A stretch of 64,000 bases of DNA, taken from contig OZ241877.1 of assembly GCA_965203095.1 (NCBI GenBank), positions 96,001 to 160,000 of the forward strand, written 5' to 3'. Both the position numbers and the translations under genes were made by a program. Under the pieces are notes generated by a model. The model had not been told where the DNA came from. It ran no database searches and saw only the letters and a program-made list of their open reading frames with translations. This DNA comes from Bdellovibrionales bacterium. Its GTDB lineage: Bacteria; Bdellovibrionota; Bdellovibrionia; Bdellovibrionales; UBA1609. Each line of letters starts with the position of its first letter. Position 1 is the first letter of the stretch. Of this stretch, positions 37,602 through 47,649 are shown one piece after another.

Positions 37602-38606
37602 CTATTTATTGACTTTTACTAATGTTCTTTTCTTGTTGCTCTTAAAAAGGCTATGACAATTAATCATAGTAGCAGAAACAAATAAGGGGAATACAACGAT
37701 TTGTGCTATATTTTCAACAGCAATACTTCTAAACCTCTTGTCATCAAAAAAATTTTCCGTAACGGTAGTGTCTATACCAAAAGATAGAGCGGCAACAATT
37801 TTTGCTATAGCTAATAGAGATGCAATAGATACAAAAGATATACTCACCGTTTTGTAGTCGTCCTTGGTGAAGAGATTTTTTTCATTCACCATTGTTCTAA
37901 GGGCAGAGAGGGCATAAGGGTTTTCCCCTGATTTAGATTTAGCCAGTTGAAGGAGTCGAGAAAGTTTTAAACTATTCGGTAATAACCTTGCCGATGGATT
38001 CCCATAAAGCTCAGGAGTCTGTGAAGGGGACAAATAGTTTTTATCAATATGTTCTATCACCATCCTTGATTTTTTAGTATAAATTCCAGCATAAAGATGG
38101 CGAACAAGATCACGAGCAGAACCTCCTAACAGATCATTAAGAGCTGTTTTCAACTTTTCCCTGTCTTTTAACAAAATGGCCTGGCCAATGGCTGTTTCTT
38201 CCATCTTAGGAATGTTTATCCACTTGCCTCCCAATTCGGGAGTAGAAAAAGGCATATAGCCAGACATTAAAAGCAGTAAAGCCTCTAATTCTCTAGAAAA
38301 CTCTTCTTGATATTTTTTGGTTTTAATTATTTGATGAATAATGCTGTCGCCTCTTTCATCCACATAAGAGATGGCAGTTATAAAATCCTCCACAGGGCCA
38401 TCTAATAGCCAGTTCATCTCTCTGCTGTATTGGCTATAATCTGAATTTTTGACAGCCTCATAAATAAGAGGGGCTTTTGTTAGTTTTTTATGAGCAGTTA
38501 TAGAGTTATATTTATTGAGAAGCTCTTGAAGATCAGCTGGAGACCAGGGGGTCCCCATGCTATGGTAAGAAAAAATCAAAGTTAAAAGTAAAGTTAAAAA
38601 CTTCAT
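37602..38606 (-). CDS. hypothetical exported protein with C-terminal hydrophobic helices
   Basis: Signal peptide; one ankyrin-like DERGDSIIH element; two hydrophobic segments. Confidence 0.65.
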   Translation of the reverse strand: MKFLTLLLTLIFSYHSMGTPWSPADLQELLNKYNSITAHKKLTKAPLIYEAVKNSDYSQYSREMNWLLDGPVEDFITAISYVDERGDSIIHQIIKTKKYQEEFSRELEALLLLMSGYMPFSTPELGGKWINIPKMEETAIGQAILLKDREKLKTALNDLLGGSARDLVRHLYAGIYTKKSRMVIEHIDKNYLSPSQTPELYGNPSARLLPNSLKLSRLLQLAKSKSGENPYALSALRTMVNEKNLFTKDDYKTVSISFVSIASLLAIAKIVAALSFGIDTTVTENFFDDKRFRSIAVENIAQIVVFPLFVSATMINCHSLFKSNKKRTLVKVNK

Positions 38607-38851
38607 ATTTTGAGCCTATATTAAAAATGATTTTTAATTTGTCAAAATAAAAAAAGAGATTTTGTAAATTTTTCACAAAATTTTAAAAAGCTTGAGTGGC
38701 CTCTTAGATACAAGCAGACTTAAAAAAACTTACGCCAGTTGTTTCCGCTAAACCTTTGCCCAAAAACCCACTTTTTCACGGAGCAAATATTTTATAATTT
38801 TTACAACAAAGAATGAAAAATTTACAAAATTCCTGGATGAAAATAAAGCCT

Positions 38852-40189
38852 TTAGCTGTAAGGCTTTATTTTGATGAAATCCTTGATTTTTTGAGAGATT
38901 CGCCGGCTCTTATTTAAAATCTTTTCTTCATCTAAAGTTTTAAGCTCCCTATCTTCCATTAAAACTTGCCCATCACACATGACAAAACTCACTTCACTTC
39001 CTAAAGCACTATAAATTATGTTGGATACCAAATTATAAAAAGGTTGAAAAGATATATGATCAGAATCCAAAGCGATAAGATCCGCTCGCTTTCCCACTGC
39101 AATATTCCCTATTTCCTCAAAAAGCCCCATGGCCTTAGCTCCCCCAATAGTGGCCATAAATAAGATCTGCTGAGCTGTCGGAGACTGATCCCCATATTTT
39201 AAAGCCTGAAGTTTAGCCCCTGTCCCCATCTCTTCAAAAAAATTCAGATTGTTATTAGAGGCCGAACCATCAGTGCCCAAGCCCACGGTTAAGCCTTTTT
39301 CTAAAGCCTCTCCTATAGGGGCTATGCCATTTCCCAATTTCATATTGCTGGATGGGTTATAGGAAAGTGAGGTTTGGCTTTTAGACATGATTTCTAAATC
39401 CCTTGGGCTGACATGAACACAATGGACAAAAAGAGAAGACTTCCCCGTTAGCCCCAAATGATGTAGATATTGAACAGGGCTTTTCTTATATTTTTTTTGG
39501 ATCTCCTCTTGCTCCCACAAGCTTTCAGAAACATGAATAGTTAAAGGCAGGTTTTCCGATTGGGCAAACTCCCCTATTTCAGTTAAGGTTTTGGTATCTA
39601 CTGTGTAAGGGGAATGAGGGGCCAGGCCCACTTGCACACGAGGATTTTTTTTGAATTGATGGCGGAGGGCTAAAGTCTTTTTTTTCCACTCTCGCCAGTC
39701 CTTTTCTAAACTGGGAATGCCCAAAGCCACAATCCCTCTCACCCCCGACTGATCCAAAGTTTCCGCCAGGGCTTGATTGTAAAAATACATATCATAACAG
39801 GTAGTCACACCAGAGCGAATAAGTTCTATTAGGGAAAGCTCTGTTCCTGTCCGGACAAAATCTTCATTTACAAAACGGCTTTCTAAGGGGAATATATAGT
39901 CCTTAAGCCAAACCATTAAAGGCAAATTATCGGCCAAACCCCGGAACAAAGACATAGGCAAATGGGTATGAGTGTTCACAAAACCCGGACATAAGATCTG
40001 CCGGTCAAAATGATAAACCTGCTTGGCTTTTAAAAGTGGGCTTGGCTTTCCCACATATCGGATTTGCCCCTTACTTATAGCAATGGCTTGATCCGATTCC
40101 AAAACAAACCGACTCCCTTTATAAACTAAAATATATTGGCAAAGTAAAAGGCTATCGTATTCCGCTTGTGAATGAGGTTTTTGGTTCAT
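38852..40189 (-). CDS. amidohydrolase, MTA/SAH deaminase (MtaD)-like
   Basis: PGFVNTHTH, PHSPYT, IHVSE, HCVH, GTDGSASNN; AGGAG SD. Confidence 0.88.
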   Translation of the reverse strand: MNQKPHSQAEYDSLLLCQYILVYKGSRFVLESDQAIAISKGQIRYVGKPSPLLKAKQVYHFDRQILCPGFVNTHTHLPMSLFRGLADNLPLMVWLKDYIFPLESRFVNEDFVRTGTELSLIELIRSGVTTCYDMYFYNQALAETLDQSGVRGIVALGIPSLEKDWREWKKKTLALRHQFKKNPRVQVGLAPHSPYTVDTKTLTEIGEFAQSENLPLTIHVSESLWEQEEIQKKYKKSPVQYLHHLGLTGKSSLFVHCVHVSPRDLEIMSKSQTSLSYNPSSNMKLGNGIAPIGEALEKGLTVGLGTDGSASNNNLNFFEEMGTGAKLQALKYGDQSPTAQQILFMATIGGAKAMGLFEEIGNIAVGKRADLIALDSDHISFQPFYNLVSNIIYSALGSEVSFVMCDGQVLMEDRELKTLDEEKILNKSRRISQKIKDFIKIKPYS

Positions 40190-40313
40190 AGTTTCTCCTT
40201 TATTTTCTTCTTTATATATTGTTCCCTCAACTTATGCAACCAGATATGTTGATGAACATTATAATCATCAAATATTTTTTTCATGATTTACTATTTGCCT
40301 GTGCCATTTATTT

Positions 40314-41123
40314 TTAAGGAGATAATTCCGCTGGAGTTGTCCGTTTTTCTTCCTGAAATCTTTTGATAGATAGGTCTAAAAACGGGAGATGCTTATCAAT
40401 ACCGATAAAGGATCTTTTTAAACGATAAGCTGAAATTCCTGTGCTGGAACTTCCTGTAAAAGGATCCAAAACCAAATCTCCTGGTTTTGTGCTGGCCTGT
40501 AAAATTCGGCTTAAAAGTTTTAGAGGTTTTTGTGTGGGATGTTTGCCAGCTGTTTTTTCAGAAGTAGGAGTAGTGTTAATAGCCCAAACCGATCGCATCT
40601 GTTTTTCTGGCTTTTTGATAAAATCCTTCCCCCAAAAACCAAACTTCATATCTTCATAATTAAAAGTGTATTTGGCTTTTTTATCTGGACAAGCCCATAT
40701 TAAAGTTTCATGGCTGGCCGCAAAGCATCTACAACCAATATTGGGCGGAGCGTTGGGTTTATACCAGGCAATATCATTTAAAATTCTATAACCTGCCTTT
40801 TGCAAAGCAAAGCCACACTGGTAAATGGAGTGATAAGTCCCGCTGATCCAAATCGTTCCTTCTGATTTAAGCACTCGGTGGCAAGCCTTTATCCAACTCA
40901 AATGAAAAGCAAAATCCTCATCCAGCCCAGAACTTTGATCCCAATCCCCTTTATGCACATCCACTCGCCGGCCAGAATGAACAGAAAAACCACCATTAGA
41001 TAAATTATAAGGAGGATCGGCAAAAATCATATCTACAGATTTTTCTGGAAGAGATTTTAATATCTCCAAACAACTGCCCTGATAGAGAGAAAAACCATCT
41101 TCTTGATAATAGGGTTCCATCAT
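40314..41123 (-). CDS. beta-class N6-adenine/N4-cytosine DNA methyltransferase (DpnA/CcrM-like), orphan
   Basis: IFADPPY.LSNGG...KGDWD, HPTQKP, VLDPFTGS. Confidence 0.9.
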   Translation of the reverse strand: MMEPYYQEDGFSLYQGSCLEILKSLPEKSVDMIFADPPYNLSNGGFSVHSGRRVDVHKGDWDQSSGLDEDFAFHLSWIKACHRVLKSEGTIWISGTYHSIYQCGFALQKAGYRILNDIAWYKPNAPPNIGCRCFAASHETLIWACPDKKAKYTFNYEDMKFGFWGKDFIKKPEKQMRSVWAINTTPTSEKTAGKHPTQKPLKLLSRILQASTKPGDLVLDPFTGSSSTGISAYRLKRSFIGIDKHLPFLDLSIKRFQEEKRTTPAELSP

Positions 41124-41422
41124 ATTTTTAATGTTTAAAAATTTTTGTTTTCTTTACCCTGTTTTAACCAAAAGCTTCATAATATGATCATTATACCAGA
41201 CTCTTTTTCTAAAATAAATAAGGCTTTTTACTATTTTTTTATATCACACCTTAAAAAAAGTCTACTTTTCCCCCTCAATGATATAATCATATCGCGAAGT
41301 GTCATTTGTTGTTTGACACATCTCCCTCACAATGAATAAAGAGGGGATTATTTTGTGCTTTGTATAAAATTACCAAAGTCTCATTTTTTTAGAAATCTTC
41401 CCTTTTAAAAAAGTAAGAGAGC

Positions 41423-42547
41423 TTAAAAAACAGAATCTCCTCTTTCAACAGAATCTACTAATTCTCTTAATTTTCTGCAATCTCCTTTTAAATATTCTTT
41501 AAAAAAGTCAATACTTTTAGAAGAATTAATCTCAATTTTATCTGGGCTGATTTTTGTTAAACTGACTATTTCATTCATAGATTTAGATCTTTGAAATTGC
41601 TCAATTTTTTTTATAAAAGTCTTCTTTTCGATTTTATCTGGATCAACAATAAGCATTTTTGTATTTAAATCAGAACTTAAATTTTGTATTAAAATATTGT
41701 TAATATATCTATCTTGAAAACTATAACCTACTGTAATAAATACACTTGCTGTTTTTAAAACTTCATTAAAAGCTCCTAAAAGTGATAAAAAAGGATCATA
41801 AGATTGAATCTTTGAACCAGAACCAAAAATAATTAAAGGTTTTTCTTCAGTTATTTCCTGTTTAATAATTTCTTCTTTTTTATCAAAATGCCAGTCAATA
41901 GAACCATGAAGTTTATAAATTTTTATTTTTTCAGGATTTTGTGGATTGTTAAAATCACCCACCCAAAGCTTTTGAGAAAAACCAGTATATACAAGATGTT
42001 CATTTTCATTATTAAAATTTTTCTCAAACATTATATCATAATTAAGAGAAAATATGTTTATATCAAATTGCTCATCCGATTGAGTTAAATTGTCAAACGG
42101 TTCTAAAATATTTTTAGCTTTCTCTTTATCAAACTGTGTCCACTTATGGACAAGCTGATTATATATAAAATCATAAAAATCTTGAAAAATATTTTTGTTT
42201 TCAGCTTCCCACAAAGTAATTTTATTATTCCAGTTCCCTATTAAAGGAGGGGGAACAATATACTCTCTATCTATTATTTGTTGCAATACTAATACAAAAT
42301 CCTCAATATTTGTCACTTCAGACACTTTCGCTTCTGTATCTTTTAAACCGTATTGATATAGAAGGCTTTGTATTATAAAATTGTATATATCAAGAAAGTA
42401 TTTGCTATTTGGCCAAGAAATTTCAGAATCAGATATAGATTCTTTCAGATCAAAAAGCATTTCTTTTGACAAAAAACATCCGGCACCTTTTGATGCTCCT
42501 GCACCAAAAAGAAACACTACCTTTTCAAATAAGTTTTTTAAACTCAT
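41423..42547 (-). CDS. stand-alone SIR2-family (SIR2_2) putative NADase
   Basis: FLFGAGAS, SLNYD, KLHGS, GYSFQD motifs; ATG at 42547 overlaps the Argonaute TGA (ATGA). Confidence 0.9.
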   Translation of the reverse strand: MSLKNLFEKVVFLFGAGASKGAGCFLSKEMLFDLKESISDSEISWPNSKYFLDIYNFIIQSLLYQYGLKDTEAKVSEVTNIEDFVLVLQQIIDREYIVPPPLIGNWNNKITLWEAENKNIFQDFYDFIYNQLVHKWTQFDKEKAKNILEPFDNLTQSDEQFDINIFSLNYDIMFEKNFNNENEHLVYTGFSQKLWVGDFNNPQNPEKIKIYKLHGSIDWHFDKKEEIIKQEITEEKPLIIFGSGSKIQSYDPFLSLLGAFNEVLKTASVFITVGYSFQDRYINNILIQNLSSDLNTKMLIVDPDKIEKKTFIKKIEQFQRSKSMNEIVSLTKISPDKIEINSSKSIDFFKEYLKGDCRKLRELVDSVERGDSVF

Positions 42548-44595
42548 AAAAACCACAATGTTTGTTTTGCAGTCTTTGAATCAGGAAATTTACTGTCACT
42601 AAAATATGGGGTCATTTCAGCTATTTTTTTAGAGTATAAAACTGTTACTGGTTCTGCTTTTTGTTTTACACTAACCCAATACATTCTGGAAAATTGATAA
42701 ATTTGATCTATAAGAAGTTTAATATCTCCTTTTGAGGGCTTTTCCTGACTTGTTTTTGATATTTTTATTTGAATGGGATAAGGGAAATCTCCAATCTTTG
42801 CTCTGGTTATATTTGAGTATCTCTCATTATTACACAGGAGATAGTGCCATTTACTCTTAAGGATAACACAAGTTCCACTGACTGGCATTTTTCCATTATA
42901 AGAAATATCAAACGGGATGTAATCCTTACTTTCTGTAATATGCAAAACAATGTAAGGAATTTTAAGATTTAACTGATTCAGAGTGTTCTCTATTGTTCTG
43001 CTCTCTTTTTTATTCATTTTTTTGTAATAGTGGATAATGATTCTTTTAAAATTATTTATATCTATTTTTGATTTTGATATTTGCAATATAATATCTTTAA
43101 GAAACTTTGAAATATCCTCAATAGAATGAGCTTGTGAAGCATCAAATCGAACAAAAGTTCCATCATTTTTAAATGTCATGGTTGTGCCGATGCAGGTATT
43201 TTGATTCTTTCTAAAGGCTCCTACACCAATAATTAAATCACTTTCTATAGGACGGCTTAACCTCCAAGGGATTCCTCCCAGCTTAGCTAAAACAGCAATC
43301 CCAATATTGGACAAAAAGTAATTAAAGTTTGGTTTGATTATATTATCTCTGTAAATAACTTGAGAAGTGATATTTTCCTTCAATAATAACTCCTTCAATT
43401 TATAATAGATTCCTTTCTTATCGGAATCAAGATCATCTTTTTTGATTCGGGAAATATAAATCCCAACATATTTTATATTTCGATCAAAATCCAATGAAGC
43501 TAATTTCTGTTTGATTTCTGATAAAGGATTCTCTTTTTTAAATTTTATTGTTTTTTCTTTATCAAGATCTATATTTAATTCAACAAATCGAGAAAGCCCG
43601 GGGAAGCCTTTAATTCCTTTTTTAAAGTAAGCATAAAGTTTATTTGCAATATCTTTGTCATCTTCATGAAATATAAAAAAGAAACTATACTGCCTTTGTT
43701 CAACAGGCCGATAGGGGCCATACTCTTTAATTCCATAATAAGGACTAAAGTGAGTTTTGTTCTCACCAAATGTCAACAAATTAGAGTCTCGTTTTGCGTA
43801 TATTATTTGCTCATTGCTAATTGTTTGAAAGCCAGATCTAAAAATGGATATTTTCTCATTTTTATTTATATTAATATTCTTCCCTTTAACATATTTTTCA
43901 TAAAAATCAGAAATCTCATTATAAAACAGAGAATATTTATTTGGTGGTTTATGGAATGGTTTTGACCATCCCTTTTGTGCCAAAAATTCATTACTTACAA
44001 TCGCTTTTGTTTTTTTGGATTCTTTTTCTTCTGGAGTTAATTTATCAAAAGGCTTAACAGTATTTCCCACAAGAGCTTTTTTAATAACACTATGGAAATT
44101 TTTATAAGAACTTAGAGGTTTTTTTGTAGTGTCCTTTTTCCCTAAATAGGAAATGCTGAGATTCCAAAAATTCCCGGCAGAGCAAGCATATTGTTTTTTA
44201 GGGTGGATAATACGGACTTTAAATTTTTTATATGTTATTAAGTCATATCTATTGGATTCATCTTGTTTTTCAAGTAGAACAAGATCACCTATAAAATCCT
44301 TATAAACTATTAATTTTTGTTCTAAAAAATAATTGTAAAAGGATTTTTTTAAAATATATTTAACAACTTTAAAGTTTTCTTTATCAATTTCTATTGGTTC
44401 TGAACCTTTAAATTTTTCTAAAGCCCAATACACTCTCTCATTAAAATCTTTAAATTTATCAGGGTTCAGAAGTTTTTTTGGAATACTGTCATAGTCTTCT
44501 TGATTGTCTTTTGAATAATAAATCATTATCTTTTCAAAAGATAATTCAAAAGGTATCAGGTTAATTGTTAAATTAGAATTCATAGTTTGGCTCAT
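42544..44595 (-). CDS. long prokaryotic Argonaute (MID-PIWI), catalytic tetrad degenerate
   Basis: YYKLK...SQ...AKLGGIPW.L MID 5'-phosphate pocket; PIWI strands IIGVGA and IIHYYK; P.PI.I, QIYQFSRMYW, PVTVLYS; terminal LWFL; 683 aa. Confidence 0.9.
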   Translation of the reverse strand: MSQTMNSNLTINLIPFELSFEKIMIYYSKDNQEDYDSIPKKLLNPDKFKDFNERVYWALEKFKGSEPIEIDKENFKVVKYILKKSFYNYFLEQKLIVYKDFIGDLVLLEKQDESNRYDLITYKKFKVRIIHPKKQYACSAGNFWNLSISYLGKKDTTKKPLSSYKNFHSVIKKALVGNTVKPFDKLTPEEKESKKTKAIVSNEFLAQKGWSKPFHKPPNKYSLFYNEISDFYEKYVKGKNININKNEKISIFRSGFQTISNEQIIYAKRDSNLLTFGENKTHFSPYYGIKEYGPYRPVEQRQYSFFFIFHEDDKDIANKLYAYFKKGIKGFPGLSRFVELNIDLDKEKTIKFKKENPLSEIKQKLASLDFDRNIKYVGIYISRIKKDDLDSDKKGIYYKLKELLLKENITSQVIYRDNIIKPNFNYFLSNIGIAVLAKLGGIPWRLSRPIESDLIIGVGAFRKNQNTCIGTTMTFKNDGTFVRFDASQAHSIEDISKFLKDIILQISKSKIDINNFKRIIIHYYKKMNKKESRTIENTLNQLNLKIPYIVLHITESKDYIPFDISYNGKMPVSGTCVILKSKWHYLLCNNERYSNITRAKIGDFPYPIQIKISKTSQEKPSKGDIKLLIDQIYQFSRMYWVSVKQKAEPVTVLYSKKIAEMTPYFSDSKFPDSKTAKQTLWFL

Positions 44596-44678
44596 TTATT
44601 TTTATTGCCTTTTGTTTTTCATAGTGTCCAACAAGTTATCTATTATAAAATTCAGCATAAGTCTCATAAATTTTATTT

Positions 44679-47330
44679 TTATTGCTTTGTTTTAAAAACT
44701 TTGTTTAGGGAATCTCGCCATTTGTTTTGAAAGATAAGATCAAATGTCATTTTTTTGTCTTGAATTTCAATAGTTCCGGCCCCAAAGGATTTTTGAGAGT
44801 ATTTTGTAAAAAGCTCAAAAAGCTTTCTCTTGTATTCTGTATCAAGGTTTCCCATAAGATGTTGCCCTTTTGTTTCTAAAATGGAAAAAGAGGCATTACC
44901 CTTTTTAGATGACCTGACACAAACTAAAAAATCAGGATAGATTTTATTTTTTTGCCAGCCCTGTAAATACCAATCCTGCTTTTCTATAATCCTATGCCAC
45001 CATTTAATGGCTGAATCCTCGTCCAAATACCAAGCCACTTTTTTTTCCAAATCGTTAAACTTAAACTCCTCTTTGTAAACACTTTCAAACAGAGAAAGTT
45101 GCAAATCCATATTATTTTGCCTTCTCAATACAGGACTTCCTTGGGAAATAAAGAGATTCAAGCTTTCTGCCATTTCCCAATTCAAGTCGGGATCGCCTGC
45201 ACTCACCAGTTTAAATATAATTTCATGATTTTTTAATTTTTCCCTAAAAAGCTTTTCTGTTTTTTGACTGATTTGCTCTTGAATATTATTTCTTAAAAAA
45301 TCCAAAATATAAAATCGGCTCAAATAAACCCGCTCTTTTCCATATTTCCTTTTTAATGAAGAAAGAGCCTTATCCACTATCACACTTGCAGACCAAAGAT
45401 TAGGAACAATGTCAGAAAGCCTTTGACACATAAAACCAAAATCCATATTAAAATCCTCCGGCATATCCTCCTCTTCACTGCCATGGAAAGAAGAGATCAA
45501 TTCCAACTGTTTTTTTATATCCACCTGTGTATGAGATATATCGGGAATTTTCTCATCTAAATTCGGAGTTCGATTTGATTTTAACTTTGAATAATCAATG
45601 TCAAATAGCAAATCTTCCTCATAACTTAACTCCTTTAAGATATTCCCTTTTTTTAAGAGAACTTTTGGCAAAAAGATTTTTAAACCTCTAAAGGGTTTTC
45701 TTCTTCGGATATTCACTTCCCGAACAGGGGGCTTATGATTATCAGGCATTTTTATTTCTCCAGCCAAGCCATCCATTCCTTCGTTTTCTAAGCCTTTTCG
45801 GATTCCCTCCACAGTTTGTTTTGTATCTTGATCCATACAAAGCACATAAGATTGATTTAAAGATTCTATGTTGGTTCTTCTTGTCTCCGGTTGCCTTAAA
45901 ACTCGCCCTATCATTTGCTCAATAGCCAGAGTGGACTTTGTTTTAGATAAAATCGTCAAAATATAAGCAAAGGGGCAATCCCAACCCTCTTTTAAGGCTT
46001 CCTTAGTGATTATGTATTGGACTTTAGAATATTTAGAGAGCAAGTCCTCATTTTTCAACTCGTCCTTTGTGGCAGATTTGACTTTAATTTCCGCAGGATC
46101 CACATTAAAGTTTTTTATCAAATACTCTCGGACATCTTCGGAATGAATAAATTTCTTTTCCCTTTGATCAGCTCCCGTTCTCTCCACCCTGACAAGTAGG
46201 ATAGGACGAATATAGCGACTGTCCTTGGCCTGCAACTTGATGGCATTTTTTGAAAGTTTTTGCAAAATTTCATGACCTTTAGCTAAAGCCTTTTTCCAAT
46301 CCTTATTTTTTAAGTTATAAATGTTAATGGGGAGTTTTATCATTTCCTCTTTTTTTAATTCCCCACCAGATACAGAAACCAAAACATTGCTCTCATGAGA
46401 TTTTTTGTTGGGTGTGGCCGAAAGCTCTAAAATAAACCGAGGATTAAAATCCATTAAGGCTTTTTTTGCCTTTTCTGTATAAGCCCTGTGGCCTTCATCA
46501 ATTACAATTAAAGGTTGAACCAGTTTTAAAACATTGCCCAAACTGTGCTTTAAGGGGATTTTCTTTAAATTTCTGGAAAGGATGGAGGCTTTAAAGCTGT
46601 GAGTGTCAAGGTTAGGACAGATTTCAATCAGTTTTTGACTGCTCTGGTAGTCATCAATTTCCGGAAAAAAATATGGGAATTTTCCGGAATCTTTGAATAT
46701 TCTTAAAGTTTCTTTTGACTGCCTTCCGGCGGATTGAAGCATTAACAACAAGACACATAAATAATTTTCCACATCGGAAGGGTGAAAACTATCGGTTTTT
46801 TGCAGAATTTTAACTTTTCTACCTGAGGCCCGATCCAAAGTCTGCCTGTAAAGGCTTTCTCTGTCAGAAAGAGCTTTTAAAGTTTGTTTGTAAATGGTAT
46901 CACTGGGAACTACCCACAGAACAAGGCCATTGTTTCTTTCAAAAAAATCTGTGTTGATCCTCTCTATACTGCCAGCTCCAAGAATGGTTTTTCCTCCTCC
47001 TGTAGGAACTTTAAGACATATATTAGGGACGGGGCGACAAAGGCCACTCAGTCGATCTTTGTAGAGAGGTGCTGTCTCCCCTATTTTTGTTAAAAAAGAG
47101 GGAAGTCGTTTTTGCCTATTCAGCTCATCCCAGGCTCTCTTGCAAAAATTAAAATCCTCTGAATCCCACTGGACAGGAAGATTATCTTTGTTTCTGATTT
47201 CAGCTAAAGCCAAGGCATTGTGTCGCTTTTCCTTCAAAATATTAAGATAGAACGAAAGCCTTTCAAGAACAGCCTGCTGATAATCTTTTAATTCCACTTT
47301 AAAGTCCTCTGTTTTTTCTAAATTGGTCAC
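44679..47330 (-). CDS. Type III restriction subunit Res (SF2 helicase plus PD-(D/E)xK nuclease)
   Basis: LKDYQ, VPTGGGKT, DEGH, SATP, LKEGWDCP, QMIGRVLR, YPDF...ETKG. Confidence 0.9.
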   Translation of the reverse strand: MTNLEKTEDFKVELKDYQQAVLERLSFYLNILKEKRHNALALAEIRNKDNLPVQWDSEDFNFCKRAWDELNRQKRLPSFLTKIGETAPLYKDRLSGLCRPVPNICLKVPTGGGKTILGAGSIERINTDFFERNNGLVLWVVPSDTIYKQTLKALSDRESLYRQTLDRASGRKVKILQKTDSFHPSDVENYLCVLLLMLQSAGRQSKETLRIFKDSGKFPYFFPEIDDYQSSQKLIEICPNLDTHSFKASILSRNLKKIPLKHSLGNVLKLVQPLIVIDEGHRAYTEKAKKALMDFNPRFILELSATPNKKSHESNVLVSVSGGELKKEEMIKLPINIYNLKNKDWKKALAKGHEILQKLSKNAIKLQAKDSRYIRPILLVRVERTGADQREKKFIHSEDVREYLIKNFNVDPAEIKVKSATKDELKNEDLLSKYSKVQYIITKEALKEGWDCPFAYILTILSKTKSTLAIEQMIGRVLRQPETRRTNIESLNQSYVLCMDQDTKQTVEGIRKGLENEGMDGLAGEIKMPDNHKPPVREVNIRRRKPFRGLKIFLPKVLLKKGNILKELSYEEDLLFDIDYSKLKSNRTPNLDEKIPDISHTQVDIKKQLELISSFHGSEEEDMPEDFNMDFGFMCQRLSDIVPNLWSASVIVDKALSSLKRKYGKERVYLSRFYILDFLRNNIQEQISQKTEKLFREKLKNHEIIFKLVSAGDPDLNWEMAESLNLFISQGSPVLRRQNNMDLQLSLFESVYKEEFKFNDLEKKVAWYLDEDSAIKWWHRIIEKQDWYLQGWQKNKIYPDFLVCVRSSKKGNASFSILETKGQHLMGNLDTEYKRKLFELFTKYSQKSFGAGTIEIQDKKMTFDLIFQNKWRDSLNKVFKTKQ

Positions 47331-47393
47331 CCATGAACATTATACCATAAACAAAAATTCGGTGGTAAGAGTTCAAGGTATTCTCGTCCTGAA

Positions 47394-47569
47394 CAAGATT
47401 TTCTGGATTCCCGCTATCAAAGGAATGACTGTTCTGCAAGATTTTCTGGATTCCCGCTATCAAAGGAATGACTGTTCTGCAAGATTTTCTGGATTCCCGC
47501 TTTCGCGGGAATGACTGTTCTGCAAGATTTTCTGGATTCCCGTTTTCGCGGAAATGACTATTCTGCAAG
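47394..47569. repeat. four tandem 43-bp REP-like units between mod and res
   Basis: caagattttctggattcccgct.tc...ggaatgactgttctg x4, containing a GGATTCCCGC-tttc-GCGGGAATGAC-type palindrome. Confidence 0.92.
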
Positions 47570-47649
47570 TTTTTCTTGATTTCCATTCGCATGGGAATCA
47601 AAAAGTCTAAGGGCTTTTTGGTAAAATAGAAAAAAACACTACCCATTAC

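Noticed and set aside
41423..44595. SPARSA (short pAgo + Sir2-APAZ) or Thoeris assignment
   Set aside because: The Ago is 683 aa with a long N-terminal region, the SIR2 gene is downstream and lacks APAZ, SLOG or macro domains, and there is no TIR gene.
47394..47569. Possible CRISPR array beside the Argonaute island
   Set aside because: Units are contiguous 43-bp tandem repeats with no unique spacers, and there are no cas genes.
47299..47646. 115-aa ORF between mod and res (and antisense 47323..47514)
   Set aside because: It is a translation of the REP tandem array (SFPRKRES-type peptides), not a credible gene.
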